Notes: generated by a model from the sequence alone, not told the origin. DNA of 64,000 bases from an uncultured Pseudomonadota bacterium (GCA_963770835.1 CAVYRH010000003.1:64001-128000), one strand, 5' to 3'. Numbered from the stretch's first letter, positions 20,612 through 32,620 are shown. Numbers and translations are program-made.

Positions 20612-21410
20612 CGTGCCAGAGGAGGGTTTGCAGAGCCAGCAGGTGAGGGAGTAGGCCGATGAGGGTCAACCCAAGTCCTGACCAGGTAATCACCAGAGAG
20701 CCTGGAAGTCAGCCCCCGGCGTAGGATCGAGAGGTCCTGCCCGAAACGGGGTCATAAACCTCATTTAGTGAGGGAACAATCCAGCAGTCCGCAACATCAA
20801 GTGAATCCTGCCGCTTCGTGAATGGGACACCGAAAGGTGCAAGGGGATGCCGAGCCGCGTGTCTACTGGCGAAGGCCACGATCCCGCTGAAGAATCTGGT
20901 AGCAAGCGGGGCAAGTCCTCCGGAGTATGGGGAACGGAATGTTGGAAAGGCTATGCAAGCAAGCTGGGAGATCCTACCCGCCAAAAGACTTGCCGCTATA
21001 AGGCTAAAACCGAAAAGAGGCAAGGGTGGGAGGAAGTCGGAGGGGGTCACAGTACCGATGAAGGGGTGGACAACAAAACCACCCTGAGGGAAGGACCCCT
21101 GCTTCAACCATGTGTCTCAAAGAAGGTAGGCGCTGGAGCATGCCCCAAAAGGGCCAACAACTCTGTAGTACCAAAGCGCGAGGCCTTTGACAACAGGCAC
21201 TATGCCGAGCGGCCAAGGGGGAAGTCGAACCTGTAAAGCCGCCGGAGGAGAGGTTGTCGGAAAGCCGTATGATCGAAAAGGTCACGTACGGTTTGACGAG
21301 GGGGCGCTGGAAACGAAGTGATGAGGGAACCTCGTTGGGGCACGGAACCGGAAACGGGGAAACAGATCAAGGAACCCTCTGCACACCATCGCGCCAGTGC
21401 TCTACTCTGC
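20612..21410 (+). ncRNA. ORF-less group II intron
   Basis: Domain V AAGCCGTATGATCGAAAAGGTCACGTACGGTTT (~21262-21295); domain VI GCGCTGG..CCAGTGCTCTACTC; EBS1-like loop at 20860-20866; no RT ORF. Confidence 0.8.
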
Positions 21411-21444
21411 AAGAAGAACGTAAATTATCTGGAGGGTTGAAAAT

Positions 21445-22005
21445 ATGGAACATGTTCAAACAAAAACAGAATTGCCTATAACTTATCGGCCATCGATTAT
21501 TTATTCGGTCCCTTTTATTTATTTTTTTATCCGATATGGGTTGCCTAGCTATTTAGGGCTTTTTTCACTTAAAGAACATTTCGTTTTAGCATTTTTTTTA
21601 TTTGTGCTTTTTGGTTTACCCACTACTTTTTTAATGTTTGTGATTTTTAATATAAAAATTAAAGCCGTAGAAGATGGCTTGATATATTCAAAAAAAATAA
21701 AAGTGCCATGGACGGAAATTACAAAAATTACAGCCAAATCCGGTTTATTGCCGAACATAAAGATTTATTACCAAACCATGAAACCTTATGTGCCAAAGGG
21801 GATGACAGGCATTTATTCGACAAAATCGATGGTTAATTTCCTGGAGCTTTTAACTATTAAATCTCCTCAAGCGGAATTTGGAGATGGAATCATAGAGTTC
21901 GAAGAAAAATATAAAACATATATTTCTGAATCTTTACGACAAGCCATCAATAACAAAATGACGAAAAAAGATTCAACTCAATTAGTTCAAGTCGAAAAGG
22001 TTTAG
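21445..22005 (+). CDS. cassette: membrane protein with bPH-like C-terminus
   Basis: Two TMs, then DGLIY..KVPWTEITKI. Confidence 0.7.
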   Translation: MEHVQTKTELPITYRPSIIYSVPFIYFFIRYGLPSYLGLFSLKEHFVLAFFLFVLFGLPTTFLMFVIFNIKIKAVEDGLIYSKKIKVPWTEITKITAKSGLLPNIKIYYQTMKPYVPKGMTGIYSTKSMVNFLELLTIKSPQAEFGDGIIEFEEKYKTYISESLRQAINNKMTKKDSTQLVQVEKV

Positions 22006-22013
22006 AGATGCGT

Positions 22014-22041
22014 TGTTCACGACGGGGACCCGGAGTGAACA
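22014..22041 (+). repeat. 28-bp site S6 TGTTCACGACG-GGGACC-CGGAGTGAACA
   Basis: Compensatory C>T / G>A change preserves the palindrome. Confidence 0.9.
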
Positions 22042-22083
22042 ACCAAAAGGACCGTTTTGCGAGTTAAATATAAGGGGTGTCTT

Positions 22084-23241
22084 TTGAAGAATATTTATAA
22101 ATCTTTAATGATTTCAATTTTTATTCCATTGTTCTCATCGGTTTTGGCTCAACCAGTTTCGACACCCCTCTCTACTACAGAATCAGCTCCGATCATTCAA
22201 CCGACACTTGGTGATTTAAAGAGGGACAAACCGGACTTTCCATCGTTTTATGCCAAAAAGGATATAACGAATAAAAACGATCATAATATTTATTTGATTA
22301 CCAAAAAAGAGACACTAACGCAGCAAATCCCAAGGGGGGAAATCAGCATTGATCCAAATGGATGGTTGTTTGAGGAAAGGTGTGGAGAGGGTATAAACAA
22401 AGATTGTTCATCATTCGATGGAAAATGGACTTATTCTGCGGAAAGTGGCCTCTCCGGTTCATTCGCTGTGCGAAATACTTCATCAAAAACAGAGACGGAT
22501 ATCGACAATCCCTCGGACCCCTTTGGTTTGTTTCCTTTAGTGTGGAACCCTTCTAAGGATGTTCTCTATTTTCTTAGTGTTTTAGGTGACTCCACCCAAC
22601 ATACTTTAGTTCTTTTTCAGTTTGACCCTGAAAGTAAAATTTTCATCAAATTCCCTGAGGCGATGGATTTTCTAAAAGTTTTCAATTTAAGCCCTGATGG
22701 GAAATGGATCGTTTGGACCGAAAAAAGTATTCATGTTTATAACGTAGAAAAAAACATCGATTATCCATTGACGGAAGTACCCGATTATTTCCAATTTTAT
22801 AATTGGTGTTATGCCGATAACGAGGATACGAAAACAAGGATCGCTAAATTCATCAACGATGGAAAGCAGTTTTACTTAAAACACCAGTTCGCTGATGCTA
22901 TTCAGGAATATCAAAAAGCGATCGATCTAGATTCTTCGAATTCGCTTGCATATGGGTATATGGGTTATTCTGCTTTTCGCATGGGAGACTTTAAAGATTC
23001 CATTCGAGATCTGGAAAAATCTATTGAATTAGACAAATGGAATAAAATGTCTTATTACAATTTGGCTTTGGTCTATTGGGACAATCATCAAAAGGAACGT
23101 TCGATCGCCTGTTTAGGCTCTATTCCTTACAAAAATGCAAAGCCAAGTTCGGAGTATTTGGATAAAAAACCAATCCAGGATGATCCTCAATTCAAAGAAA
23201 TGTTAGATAGCCCTGAATTTATAAAAGCTTTTGGTCGTTAG
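22084..23241 (+). CDS. cassette: exported beta-propeller plus TPR protein
   Basis: Signal peptide, LSPDGKWI, C-terminal TPRs. Confidence 0.75.
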   Translation: MKNIYKSLMISIFIPLFSSVLAQPVSTPLSTTESAPIIQPTLGDLKRDKPDFPSFYAKKDITNKNDHNIYLITKKETLTQQIPRGEISIDPNGWLFEERCGEGINKDCSSFDGKWTYSAESGLSGSFAVRNTSSKTETDIDNPSDPFGLFPLVWNPSKDVLYFLSVLGDSTQHTLVLFQFDPESKIFIKFPEAMDFLKVFNLSPDGKWIVWTEKSIHVYNVEKNIDYPLTEVPDYFQFYNWCYADNEDTKTRIAKFINDGKQFYLKHQFADAIQEYQKAIDLDSSNSLAYGYMGYSAFRMGDFKDSIRDLEKSIELDKWNKMSYYNLALVYWDNHQKERSIACLGSIPYKNAKPSSEYLDKKPIQDDPQFKEMLDSPEFIKAFGR

Positions 23242-23258
23242 AGTTTTGATTGATTCTT

Positions 23259-23286
23259 TGTCCGCGACGGGGACCCTTCGTGGACA
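23259..23286 (+). repeat. 28-bp site S7 TGTCCGCGACG-GGGACC-CTTCGTGGACA
   Basis: Near-consensus. Confidence 0.93.
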
Positions 23287-23303
23287 GGTCAAAAGAGGGT
23301 AAA

Positions 23304-23487
23304 GTGACAGAACTCAAACCAAGTTGGCCGGAATATTCCGGTGGAAAGAAACTCGAACAAGACACCCTTCTGTCCTCCCCCACAGGCACCACTTTTATCG
23401 CCCCTCAAGGATGGCATGCCGCTTTCCAAAAGGATTCTTGGGTCCTGGAAGACCCGGAGCGGGAATTGATCATCGCCTTGGTGGAGA
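23304..23487 (+). pseudogene. cassette gene 5' fragment truncated by IS3
   Basis: GAGGG RBS plus GTG; reading frame runs into the IS3 IR. Confidence 0.55.
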
Positions 23488-24753
23488 TGACCGGCCCCCC
23501 AAGTTTGTGCCACCAATTAAGTCACTCCCGGAGTAGGAGTTCCTGAGGTCGTCATGGGCAAGGTGTTGCCTTTGGGCCCCATGACGACCGCCTCCGGGGC
23601 AGGCGGTTTATACCCCAGAGAGCTGTGCGGCCGTTTCGTATTGTACTCCTTCCTCCACCTCTCAGCGAGCACTCGGCCTTCCCACACCGTGTCGAGCAGT
23701 TCGCCGTTCAATAGTTCGTCCCTGAATTTGCCGTTGAAGCTTTCGTTATAGCCGTTCTCCCAAGGGCTTCCCGGTTCGATGAAAAGGGTCTTTACTCCCA
23801 CCTTCGGGAGCCAGTCCTTCACCCTCTCCGCTGTGAATTCAGGCCCATTGTCGGAGCGGATGTGCTCCGGCACTCCCCGTTGGACGAACAAGTCCGTCAG
23901 CACTGCCTGCACGTCGTCCGCCGTAAACTTCCGAGCTACCGGCAGGGCCAGGCATTCACGGGTGAACTCATCGATCAGCGTCAGGAACCGAAGAGGCCGT
24001 CCGTCGCTGGTCCTCTCGGCGACGAAGTCATAGCTCCAAACGTGGTTGGGGTGTTCCGCCCTCAACCTGACACAGGAACCATCCGTAAACCACAACCTCC
24101 TTCGTTTCGGCTGTTTTTTCGGTACTTTCAACCCTTCCTGCTTCCAAATCCTTTCCACCCGCTTCTTGTTGACCCTCCAGCCCTCCTCCTGAAGCATCTT
24201 GGTAATCCGCTTATACCCATACCGCCCGTACTGGCAGGCCAGCCGGAGAATGGCGGTCGTCAGGAGGTCCTCATCGGGCAGGATCTGAGGGATATATCGC
24301 TGGGTGCTCCGGGGTTGGCCGAGGGCCCGGCATACGCGCCGCTGGGAGGCTCGGTGGGTTTCACACGCTTCCCGAACCGCTTTTCGGCGCTTTTCCGGGC
24401 TTAGGAGTTTCCCCGGGCCAAGTCTTTCAGGATGCGGTTATCCAGGGAGAGGTCGGCCACCACCCGCTTGAGCTGGGTATTCTCTTTCTCCAATTCCTTT
24501 AGGCGTTTGGCCTGGTCCAGCTTGAGACCGCCGTATTCTTTTCGCCAGCGGTAGTAGGTATGTGGGGTTATTTGAAGCTCACGGCAGACTTCTTCAACAG
24601 CACGGCCTTTGGACTGCTCAACCTCGGCCTGGCGCAACATGGAAATGATCTGCTCGGCGTTGTGTTTCTTCCTTGGCATAAATGCCCCCTTTTCTTGGCC
24701 CATTATAGAAAAGTATGACTTTTCAACTGGACCAGGTTGAGGGGGGCGGGTCA
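23488..24753 (-). mobile_element. complete IS3-family (IS407-group-like) element, orfA 24401-24679 and orfB to 23517
   Basis: TG..CA ends with imperfect IRs; HTH orfA; WSYDF, SDNGPEF, ESFNG DDE motifs; unrelated flanks, no TSD. Confidence 0.95.
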
Positions 24754-25144
24754 GAGGAACCAAGCCTTTTACAACCACGCAACCGACAGCATTACCCTTC
24801 CTTTTAAAGAGGCTTTTAAATCCACCGAAGGATTTTACGAAACGGTTTGCCATGAGCTCATTCACTGGACGGGAGGCCCGGCCCGGCTCAACCGCATTTC
24901 CAAAGCGGCCTTTGGTTCCGAAGAATACGCCGCCGAGGAGCTTGTGGCCGAGTTTGGGGCTTCGATCCTTTGCGCTCATGTCGGAATCCCTTACAAAACC
25001 AACCACGCCGCTTATATCGCCTCATGGATTAAGAAGTTAAAAGACGATCCGAAGGCCCTTTCCACCGCCATCACCCAAGCCCAAAAGGCCGTTGATTTTC
25101 TTTTGAAACCCGCCGCAGACGAAATAATTAAGGAGGTAGCTTAA
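24754..25144 (+). pseudogene. ardC: ArdC-like antirestriction/ssDNA-binding protein C-terminal zincin domain, 5'-truncated
   Basis: AFY....D.I.LP, HELIHWTG...RLNR, YAAEELVAE.GA, HAAYIASW. Confidence 0.85.
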
Positions 25145-25146
25145 CC

Positions 25147-25584
25147 ATGAACAAAAGACACTTAAAAAAACTATTAAAGGTGGCCGACGGGGTTTACCCC
25201 GACGGCCTTATTGAAAGACTACTCAAAGGAGAGGAGGAGGTAGGGGACGGCCTGGCCAAATTCATTTTTAACGAAATGACCGAAACCGCCGAAGGGAAGA
25301 CACCCTGGGAAATTACCGAAAGCGTAATCAAAGCCTTGGAAACGGGCGCTAAGGAACTGGACTGCGTAATCCGGGCTTTGCGCCAGGTCAATACCAAAGG
25401 CCCCAAGAGGGTTGGGCCCAGGAAAAGGCTTAAGGAATTTACCGTTACTTGGGTTCGCAAGGGAATGAAAACCTACAAAGCCACCAGTGAGGAGGCCGCC
25501 GAACAGCAATTTTCCGACGATCCAAACGCGCCAGATGAAGAACAGACAACCGATGTTTACACGCAGGAAGGGGGGATTTTATGA
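25147..25584 (+). CDS. hypothetical MGE protein
   Basis: AAGGAGG RBS; operonic with ardC. Confidence 0.7.
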   Translation: MNKRHLKKLLKVADGVYPDGLIERLLKGEEEVGDGLAKFIFNEMTETAEGKTPWEITESVIKALETGAKELDCVIRALRQVNTKGPKRVGPRKRLKEFTVTWVRKGMKTYKATSEEAAEQQFSDDPNAPDEEQTTDVYTQEGGIL

Positions 25585-25817
25585 AAAAGCCGAAAATTGT
25601 TATTCACTTAGACGGGGGTTTAGTCCAAAGCGTTGTATCCGACCAAGGGGGAATTGATTTTAAGGTTATCGACCATGACATCGAGGGGAGCCAGGAAGGC
25701 GAGAGCCAGGTTGTTGACGGCCAGGAGGTAATCATTACTCAACACGATCGGGCAGAGAAAAACACCCGCCACGTTAAGGAGGTTTTTTCGGCCAAAAGTA
25801 ATTTCTTGGATAGATAG
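25581..25817 (+). CDS. small hypothetical MGE protein
   Basis: IVIHLDGGLVQSV..VIDHD; overlaps previous stop. Confidence 0.7.
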   Translation: MKKPKIVIHLDGGLVQSVVSDQGGIDFKVIDHDIEGSQEGESQVVDGQEVIITQHDRAEKNTRHVKEVFSAKSNFLDR

Positions 25818-25837
25818 CCAACCCCTCCAAGAGCAAC

Positions 25838-25864
25838 GCCCCCGGTTAACGCTGGGGGCTTTTT
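25838..25864 (+). terminator. intrinsic terminator
   Basis: GCCCCCGG-loop-CTGGGGGC followed by TTTTT. Confidence 0.75.
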
Positions 25865-25970
25865 GCTTTCGCAGGGTAGGGAAATGCCCCTCCCCTGGAC
25901 CCCACCCTAGCCCGGGCGGTAGATCCCCCCGGTCGCAAACAGCTTCTTTGCTGTTTGCACAACTTAAGCG

Positions 25971-26007
25971 CCTGCACATGCCTGTCGCAAAAAGGATAGT
26001 GTGCAAC
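25971..26007 (+). repeat. 37-bp repeat R7
   Basis: Exact copy; preceded by structured non-coding DNA, followed by mid-gene malectin/RHS sequence. Confidence 0.97.
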
Positions 26008-29000
26008 CCCTTTATGAGACCTGGCGCGAGGACAACACGGTGGAGTACGACTTCGACGTTCCCCCGGGCCTCTACCAGGTTAACTGCCACTGGGCCGAAA
26101 CCACCTACGATACCCCGGGTGAAAGGGAGTTCAACGTCCTGGCGGACGGCCAAACCCTGGTTTCCCCCGTGGACCTGCTCACCCTGACGCCCGAGGGTAA
26201 CGCCTACAACACGAGTTTCTACGACATAAATGTCCAACTGCCCCAACCTCAATTCCTGGGTTTGGATGGCAACGAAAACCCAATCTACAGCGCGGTGCCT
26301 CCCTATGGGATTCTTGCCCTGAAGTTCGTGAAGACCAAGGGCTCCTTGGGCGGGGCGATGATTTCGGCCCTTGAGGTCATCGGGGAACAGCCCGTGCCCA
26401 CCATCACCCCGACGGGCACTTACACCCCGCCCCCGACCATCACCTTCACCCCAACGCCCAGCCCCACGTCCACGCCCAGCCCCACCCCGGCGGCCGCCGG
26501 GCCTTCTCCGACCTACACCTTCACGCCCAGCCCAACGGGCACCCTGGTGCCTCTTACGAACACCCCAACAGCCACTCCAACTGTATCTCCCACAGCTTCA
26601 TTCACCCCCGTTACCGGAGCCTATACGGCCCGCTTGGAGATGGTTGGGCCCAACGTTGTTTCCCGGGCAACACCTGGACCACGGACCAGGAGTACAGCTA
26701 CGGCGGGGCAGGATGGCTCATCGAGGGCCAGCCCGTTTATACGACCGACCCCATTTCCGGCATAGGCCAGGCCAGCGTTTCGCTTTTCCAGTATTACCGT
26801 GAGGGCCCGGCTCCCCCGTCCGGCTTTGGCCCAGCGCTGGAATACCGCTTCGACGTTCCGAACGGCCAATACCAGGTCACCCTCAACTTCGCCGAGGCAG
26901 AAAACCTCCAAGCCGGGGCGCGAGTATTCAGTGTTTTGGCCCAAGGGCTGACGGTCATTTCCAACCTGGATATTTACAAAACGGTTGGCTTTGAGACGGC
27001 CTTGAGCCAAACCTTCCTTACCACCGTCAACAATGGAACCCTCGACCTCCAGTGGATCGCTTCGGTGGGCAACGCCACCATTTCTTCCATCCAGGTCTTA
27101 GGCCAGCAAGTACTTCAGACCCCGACATCGACCCGCACGCCCGTTTCCGGGGCCCTCGATATCCCGGTGAACGTGGGGGGAACCTCCTTCACCGATTCAA
27201 CCAACAAAACCTGGTTCGCTGACCAAGCTTATACCTCCGGTGGTTATGGTTACGTGAACCCCCAATCGGCCTTCTTCACCAGCGACACGGTGGATGGGGC
27301 GGCTCTCAAGGACCAGCCGCTTTACCAGGATTGGCGGGAAGGCACCAGCCTGGAATACGAATTCACCGTTCCCAACGGCAGCTACCAAGTGAACCTCTAC
27401 TGGAACCAGATCGCGGACACGCCCGGCGAGTATAACTTCAACGTCCTTACCCAGGGCCAGACGGTCGGCTCCAACCTTGACCTTTCCTTCGAGGGCCCTT
27501 ATTTCAGCGCCGTGACCCAGTCCTTCTACGACGCAGCCGTGACCAACGGCATTTTCGACGTCCAACTGGATTCTCCCACGGATTTCGCGGCCTTAGCCGG
27601 CATTGAGGTCATCGGGGAACAGTCCAACCCCACGGCGACCTTCACGCCCACGGCAACTCCCAGTTTGACCCCAACCGGTACACCCACAATAAGTCCCACT
27701 CCCACTGGCACTTGGTACACCTCCACGCCCACCGGAACCCCGACACCCACCGCTGTTCCACCAGCCTTGTTCGCCTCCGTGGATTACGTCCAGGAACTTC
27801 CCCCCAATTCCACCGCGACGGTCACTGCTGATGGCGCCCGGGTGACCACCCGGATCAACATCATCGGAACCGCCAACGGCAACTTCTCCCCCGCGCCGCA
27901 AGGATCGGCATCCAAAGCGGTTGGTTCCTGCTCTACCAGCCCGTCAGCGGGACGGGTACGGCGGTGACCATCGCCACGGGCACCAACCAGGTCAACGAAG
28001 GTGTCTTGGGAACCCTCGACCCGACCCTTCTCTTGAATGGAACCTATAACTTATTGCTTTTGGCCATGCAGCCGGATGGGACCAACACCAACTGGGTTGT
28101 GGCCAACATCAGCATCGACGGCAACCAGAAGGTGGGGAATTTCACCCTTTCCTTCACCGACCTTAACGTGCCCGTTTCAGGCCTCCCGATGCAAGTGGTA
28201 CGAACCTATGACAGCCGAAACCAGAACCAGGGGGATTTTGGCATCGGATGGACCCTGGATATCCACAACGTCCAGGTGGAGGAATCGGGGGTGATGGGCG
28301 ACGGATGGCAATCGGTCATTCAAGCCGGAACCGGATTAGATGGCGCGTTCAGACAAATCTTCATATCCTCCACCCAATCCCATTTCGTGGACATTGTATT
28401 GGGCAACGGAAAGGTTTACTCCTTCGAGCCGCATTTCCTGGATGTCTCAGACAACGACGTGGCGCCCGGAGGGAAGGGGGAACAGGATATATCGGGCGGT
28501 ACTTACGGGGTGTTATTCAAACCCCTGTTCGGAACCGCGCCCAACTGCACCCTGGTACCCATAGGCGGAAATGGCAAGCCTGTGACGGACGTCTCTGCCA
28601 ACAGCTCGCCCGACGTCGTTCCCGATGTGCTTAATTGGTCGGATGCTTCGGACTCGGTGAACGACATTAACGGAAGTTACGATCCACAAAGGTTCCTCTT
28701 CACCGATGAAGCCGGCAACCAGTACATCGTGAACACCTCCACGGGCCTGGAACAGATGACGGCCCTCAATGGGGATATGTTAAAAGTGGACAACGCCGGC
28801 ATCCACTGGGTCAGCGCTTCCCAAGCCGGCCATAAGGACATCCTCTTTACCCGGGATAACTTCGGCCGCATCCAGCAGATCCAGGACCCCGCGGGGAACC
28901 TGTACCACTACAGCTATACCGACGGCAAGGGCAACCTGACGGCCTTCCAGGATCCGGCGGGCGCGGCCAAGAGGGCAAATGGACACTTATACATACAACA

Positions 29001-32000
29001 ATACCCACGGGCTCTTGGCCATCAAGGACCCCCTGCTCCAGACGCCCATCCGAAACGACTACGACGCCAATGGCAGGCTCGTCGACACCTACGACGCGAA
29101 CAACAACAAGATCACCTACAATTACAACCTGGCCGCCAACAGTGAATCGGTGACCGACCGGGCGGACGCGCCCACCAGCTATGTCTACGACGACGAGGGG
29201 AACGTTACCCAGGAAACCGACCCCCTGGGCAATGTGACCCATTACACCTATTCGTCCGACGGGTTCAACAACAAGACCAGCGAGCTTTTGCCGGGCAACT
29301 CGAGGGCCAACACTTATATCTACGGCGACCCCAACAACCCCCGCAGCATCACCGAGCAGGTCGACCCCGATGGCGACAAGACCTTTTACACCTACGACGG
29401 CCAGGGCCATGTACTGACGACGACCGACCCCAACGGCAACGTGGCCACCAATACCTACGACATCCACGGAAATCTTACGTCAAGCAAGGCCGCCCAGGAT
29501 CAGCCGCCTTCCGGCTACCAGTACGACCCCAATAGCAACTTGCTCCAGCAAACCGACCCGGCGGGGATCGTGACAGCCTACGGTTACGATTCCTCGGGCA
29601 ACCAGAATGCGGTGACGGTGGCCTATGGCCGCGCCAAACAGCAGGTCACCACTTACACTTACGATTCCAACGGCAACCGTTTAAGCCAGACGCTAAACAA
29701 CCCATCCGGGTAAGGCAACCAAACAACCCTCTACCAGTACGACGGCAACAACCGGCTGGTCACCACCATCTACCCTGACGGCACCAACACCAGCACCACC
29801 TACGATGCACTGGGCCACACGGTTTCCACGACGGACCAGAAGACAAGGGTGACTTTACATTATTACGATCCCATGGGCCGTGCCACGACCATCCAATACC
29901 CCGACAACCGCAAGAGCGTATACGACTACGACGTCAACGGGAACCGCCAGGACGACACCGAATACGGCACGGATGGAATATCCCGGAATACCCATACGGA
30001 TTACGACCAGGACAACCGGCCCTACGAGGTGGACTATACCATCGGCTCGACCCAGTCAAAATACAACCCTGGCCAAGGGGCGGTAACCCAGTTCGAGGAC
30101 GAAAACAACAACTTCACCTACAAGTATTACGACCAGGCCGGCCGCGCGACGTCCATCCTCGCCGGGGCTGGGGGCATCAACCAGGAAACCCAATACGGCT
30201 ACGACCCGAACGGCAACCAGACGGCAGTTACCGTGGCGAATCAAGTGCAGTCCAACACGGGTTACGACAGCCTCAATCGGGCCGCCACCGTCACCTACCC
30301 CTCCCCAGGGACAAATGTTGCCACCCATCATCACGACCTATGACCCGGATGGGCGGAAACTGAACCAGAACGACCTGGCTGGCAAGGTGACCAACTACGG
30401 CTACGACGGCCTGGGGCGCTTGACGGGCGTAACCCTGGTTTCATCCTCCGGCAACCAGGGCGAAAGCTACACCTACGACCAGGCGGGCGACGAGTTGAGC
30501 CAGACTGACGCCAACGGCCACACCACCCGCTACACCTACGACAACATGAACCGGCGCAAGAGCCGCACCCTTCCGGGCGGCCAAAAACGAGACCTACAAC
30601 AGCTACGACGCCACGGGCAACTTGACGTCCAAGACGACCTTCAACGGCCAGGTAATCGCCTACGCCTATACCCAGCTGGACGATAAACTTCAAACGGAGT
30701 CCCTGCCCGAGTACAACATCACCTTCAATTACGACGACTTCCTTCGCCGCCAGAGCATGACGGACGTGAGCGGGACAACCACCTACAATTACGATTCAAG
30801 GGACAGGATGACGGCCAAACAAGGCCCCGAGGGCACTCTTTCCTACACCTACTACAACCACGGGGAATTGGAGAGCGTTAAATCCTCTCTACCAACGGCA
30901 CTAACGTCAGTTACACATACGACTCCCTGAACCGGCTGACGACGGTGAATGACACCCATTGGACCGGGAATACAAGTTACACCTACGACCCCTTCGGCAA
31001 CCTGGCTTCCGTCAACAAGCCCAACGGCGAATCGGTGACTTACACCTATGACGTTTTGAACCGCCTGAACAGCATGGCGGCCACGGTCAACGGTTCGTCC
31101 ATTCGTTCCTACACCTACACTTTGGGCCCGAATGGCAACAGGACAAATGTGGCCCCGCAGCTCTCCAACCGGGCCGTGACCTACACCTACGACGACTTAT
31201 ATCGTCTCACGGGGGAAATTGTATCGAGTGACCCGGCGACCCAGAATATCGGGGCCATCAGCTACCAGTATGACGCCGTAGGGAACCGCACCAACCGGAC
31301 ATCGGGGATCACGGCCATTTCAAGCCAATCCCCGTCTTATGACGCCGGTGGGGACGACCGCATGACCTCGGACGGAACTTCCAGTTATTCCTATGACGCC
31401 AACGGCTCCACCACCCAAATAGGGCCAAACACTTACGCTTTTGACAGTTTAGGCCGGATGACCCAGGCCACGGTGGGGGACCACAACGACCACTTATGTT
31501 TACGATGGCGACGGGAACAAGATCCAGCAGGTGGTGAACAACGGGACGGGACCAGTGACCACAAGTTACCTAGTGGATTCCACCAACCCCACCGGCTACG
31601 CCCAGGTGCTTGAGGAAAACCAGGGTAGCGGTGTGAATTTGGTTTACACCTATGGTTCCAGCCGGATAAGTGAAGACCAGTACAACGGGACAAGTTGGAA
31701 TTTGAGCTTCTATGGCTATGACGGTCAAGGATCAGTGAGGTATTTGACCGACTCCCGCTTGGAACTAAAACGGATACTTACGATTACGATGCGTTTGGGA
31801 CACTTATTAACCAGACCCAGCCGTGGGTGCGCCCACCCCGAATGAGTTTTTCTTCGATGCCGAGCAATTAGATGGGAATTCAGGTTTCTACAACCTAAGA
31901 GCGCGTTGGATGAATGTTGGAATTGGAAGGTTCCAAACGATGGACAGTTTTGAAGGGCGTCAACAACCCCATTGAGTTTGCATAAATATGAATTTTCAGC

Positions 32001-32620
32001 CAATAATCCGATAAATAACTCCGATTCGAATGGCCATGAGTACGACATGGGAAGCTTGTCTTTTTCAGTAGCGGTGGTTGGGGTTTTATCCTCATTTCCT
32101 ACCATTGCTAACGCTGGAACTCCCCAGGGAAAAGAAGCCGCCATTATTTTGTTGATACAAGATTTCAATAATGCTTCGGCAGATACTGGAATTAACGTAA
32201 ACGTTTTAGGTTCATTGGGATGGTCTGAAAGTCAGAAAATCCAATCAATGCACTTGGTTATTGGGATAGAAATACCCACAATAGTCCAAGGGCGCATGGA
32301 ATAATGCAGTTGTATGATGAAGATGGCAAGCCTGGAGAATATGCGAATTTAAGTGATTCCCAAAATATCGAAAAAGGAGCAAAAATTCTTAAATCAAAAG
32401 TAAGTGATGCGAAGAGAATTCACTCACTCCCTTTATGGACATAATCTAACTCCTGATGAGTTAAATGATCCTTGGTTTATACCAGTAGCTCTTTATAAGG
32501 CTAGCTTGGGACAATAGAAGAGCATGGGAAACGAAAATATACAGTTCTTGGCCCGTATGTAAAAGTCCGCAGGAAACCTCTGCGTTACTGCAAACACTTT
32601 GGAGACAATATGCAAATTAA
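26008..32620 (+). pseudogene. giant malectin-domain RHS/YD-repeat protein, 5'-truncated at R7, multiply frameshifted, with SLT-like C-terminus
   Basis: Malectin repeats (QPLY..WRE), PT linkers, RTYDSR..GDFGIGW, YD repeats, YEFSANNPINNSDSNGH core end. Confidence 0.85.

Noticed and set aside
20709..21481. Short overlapping ORFs inside the ORF-less intron
   Set aside because: No protein motifs; the region is explained by structured intron RNA.
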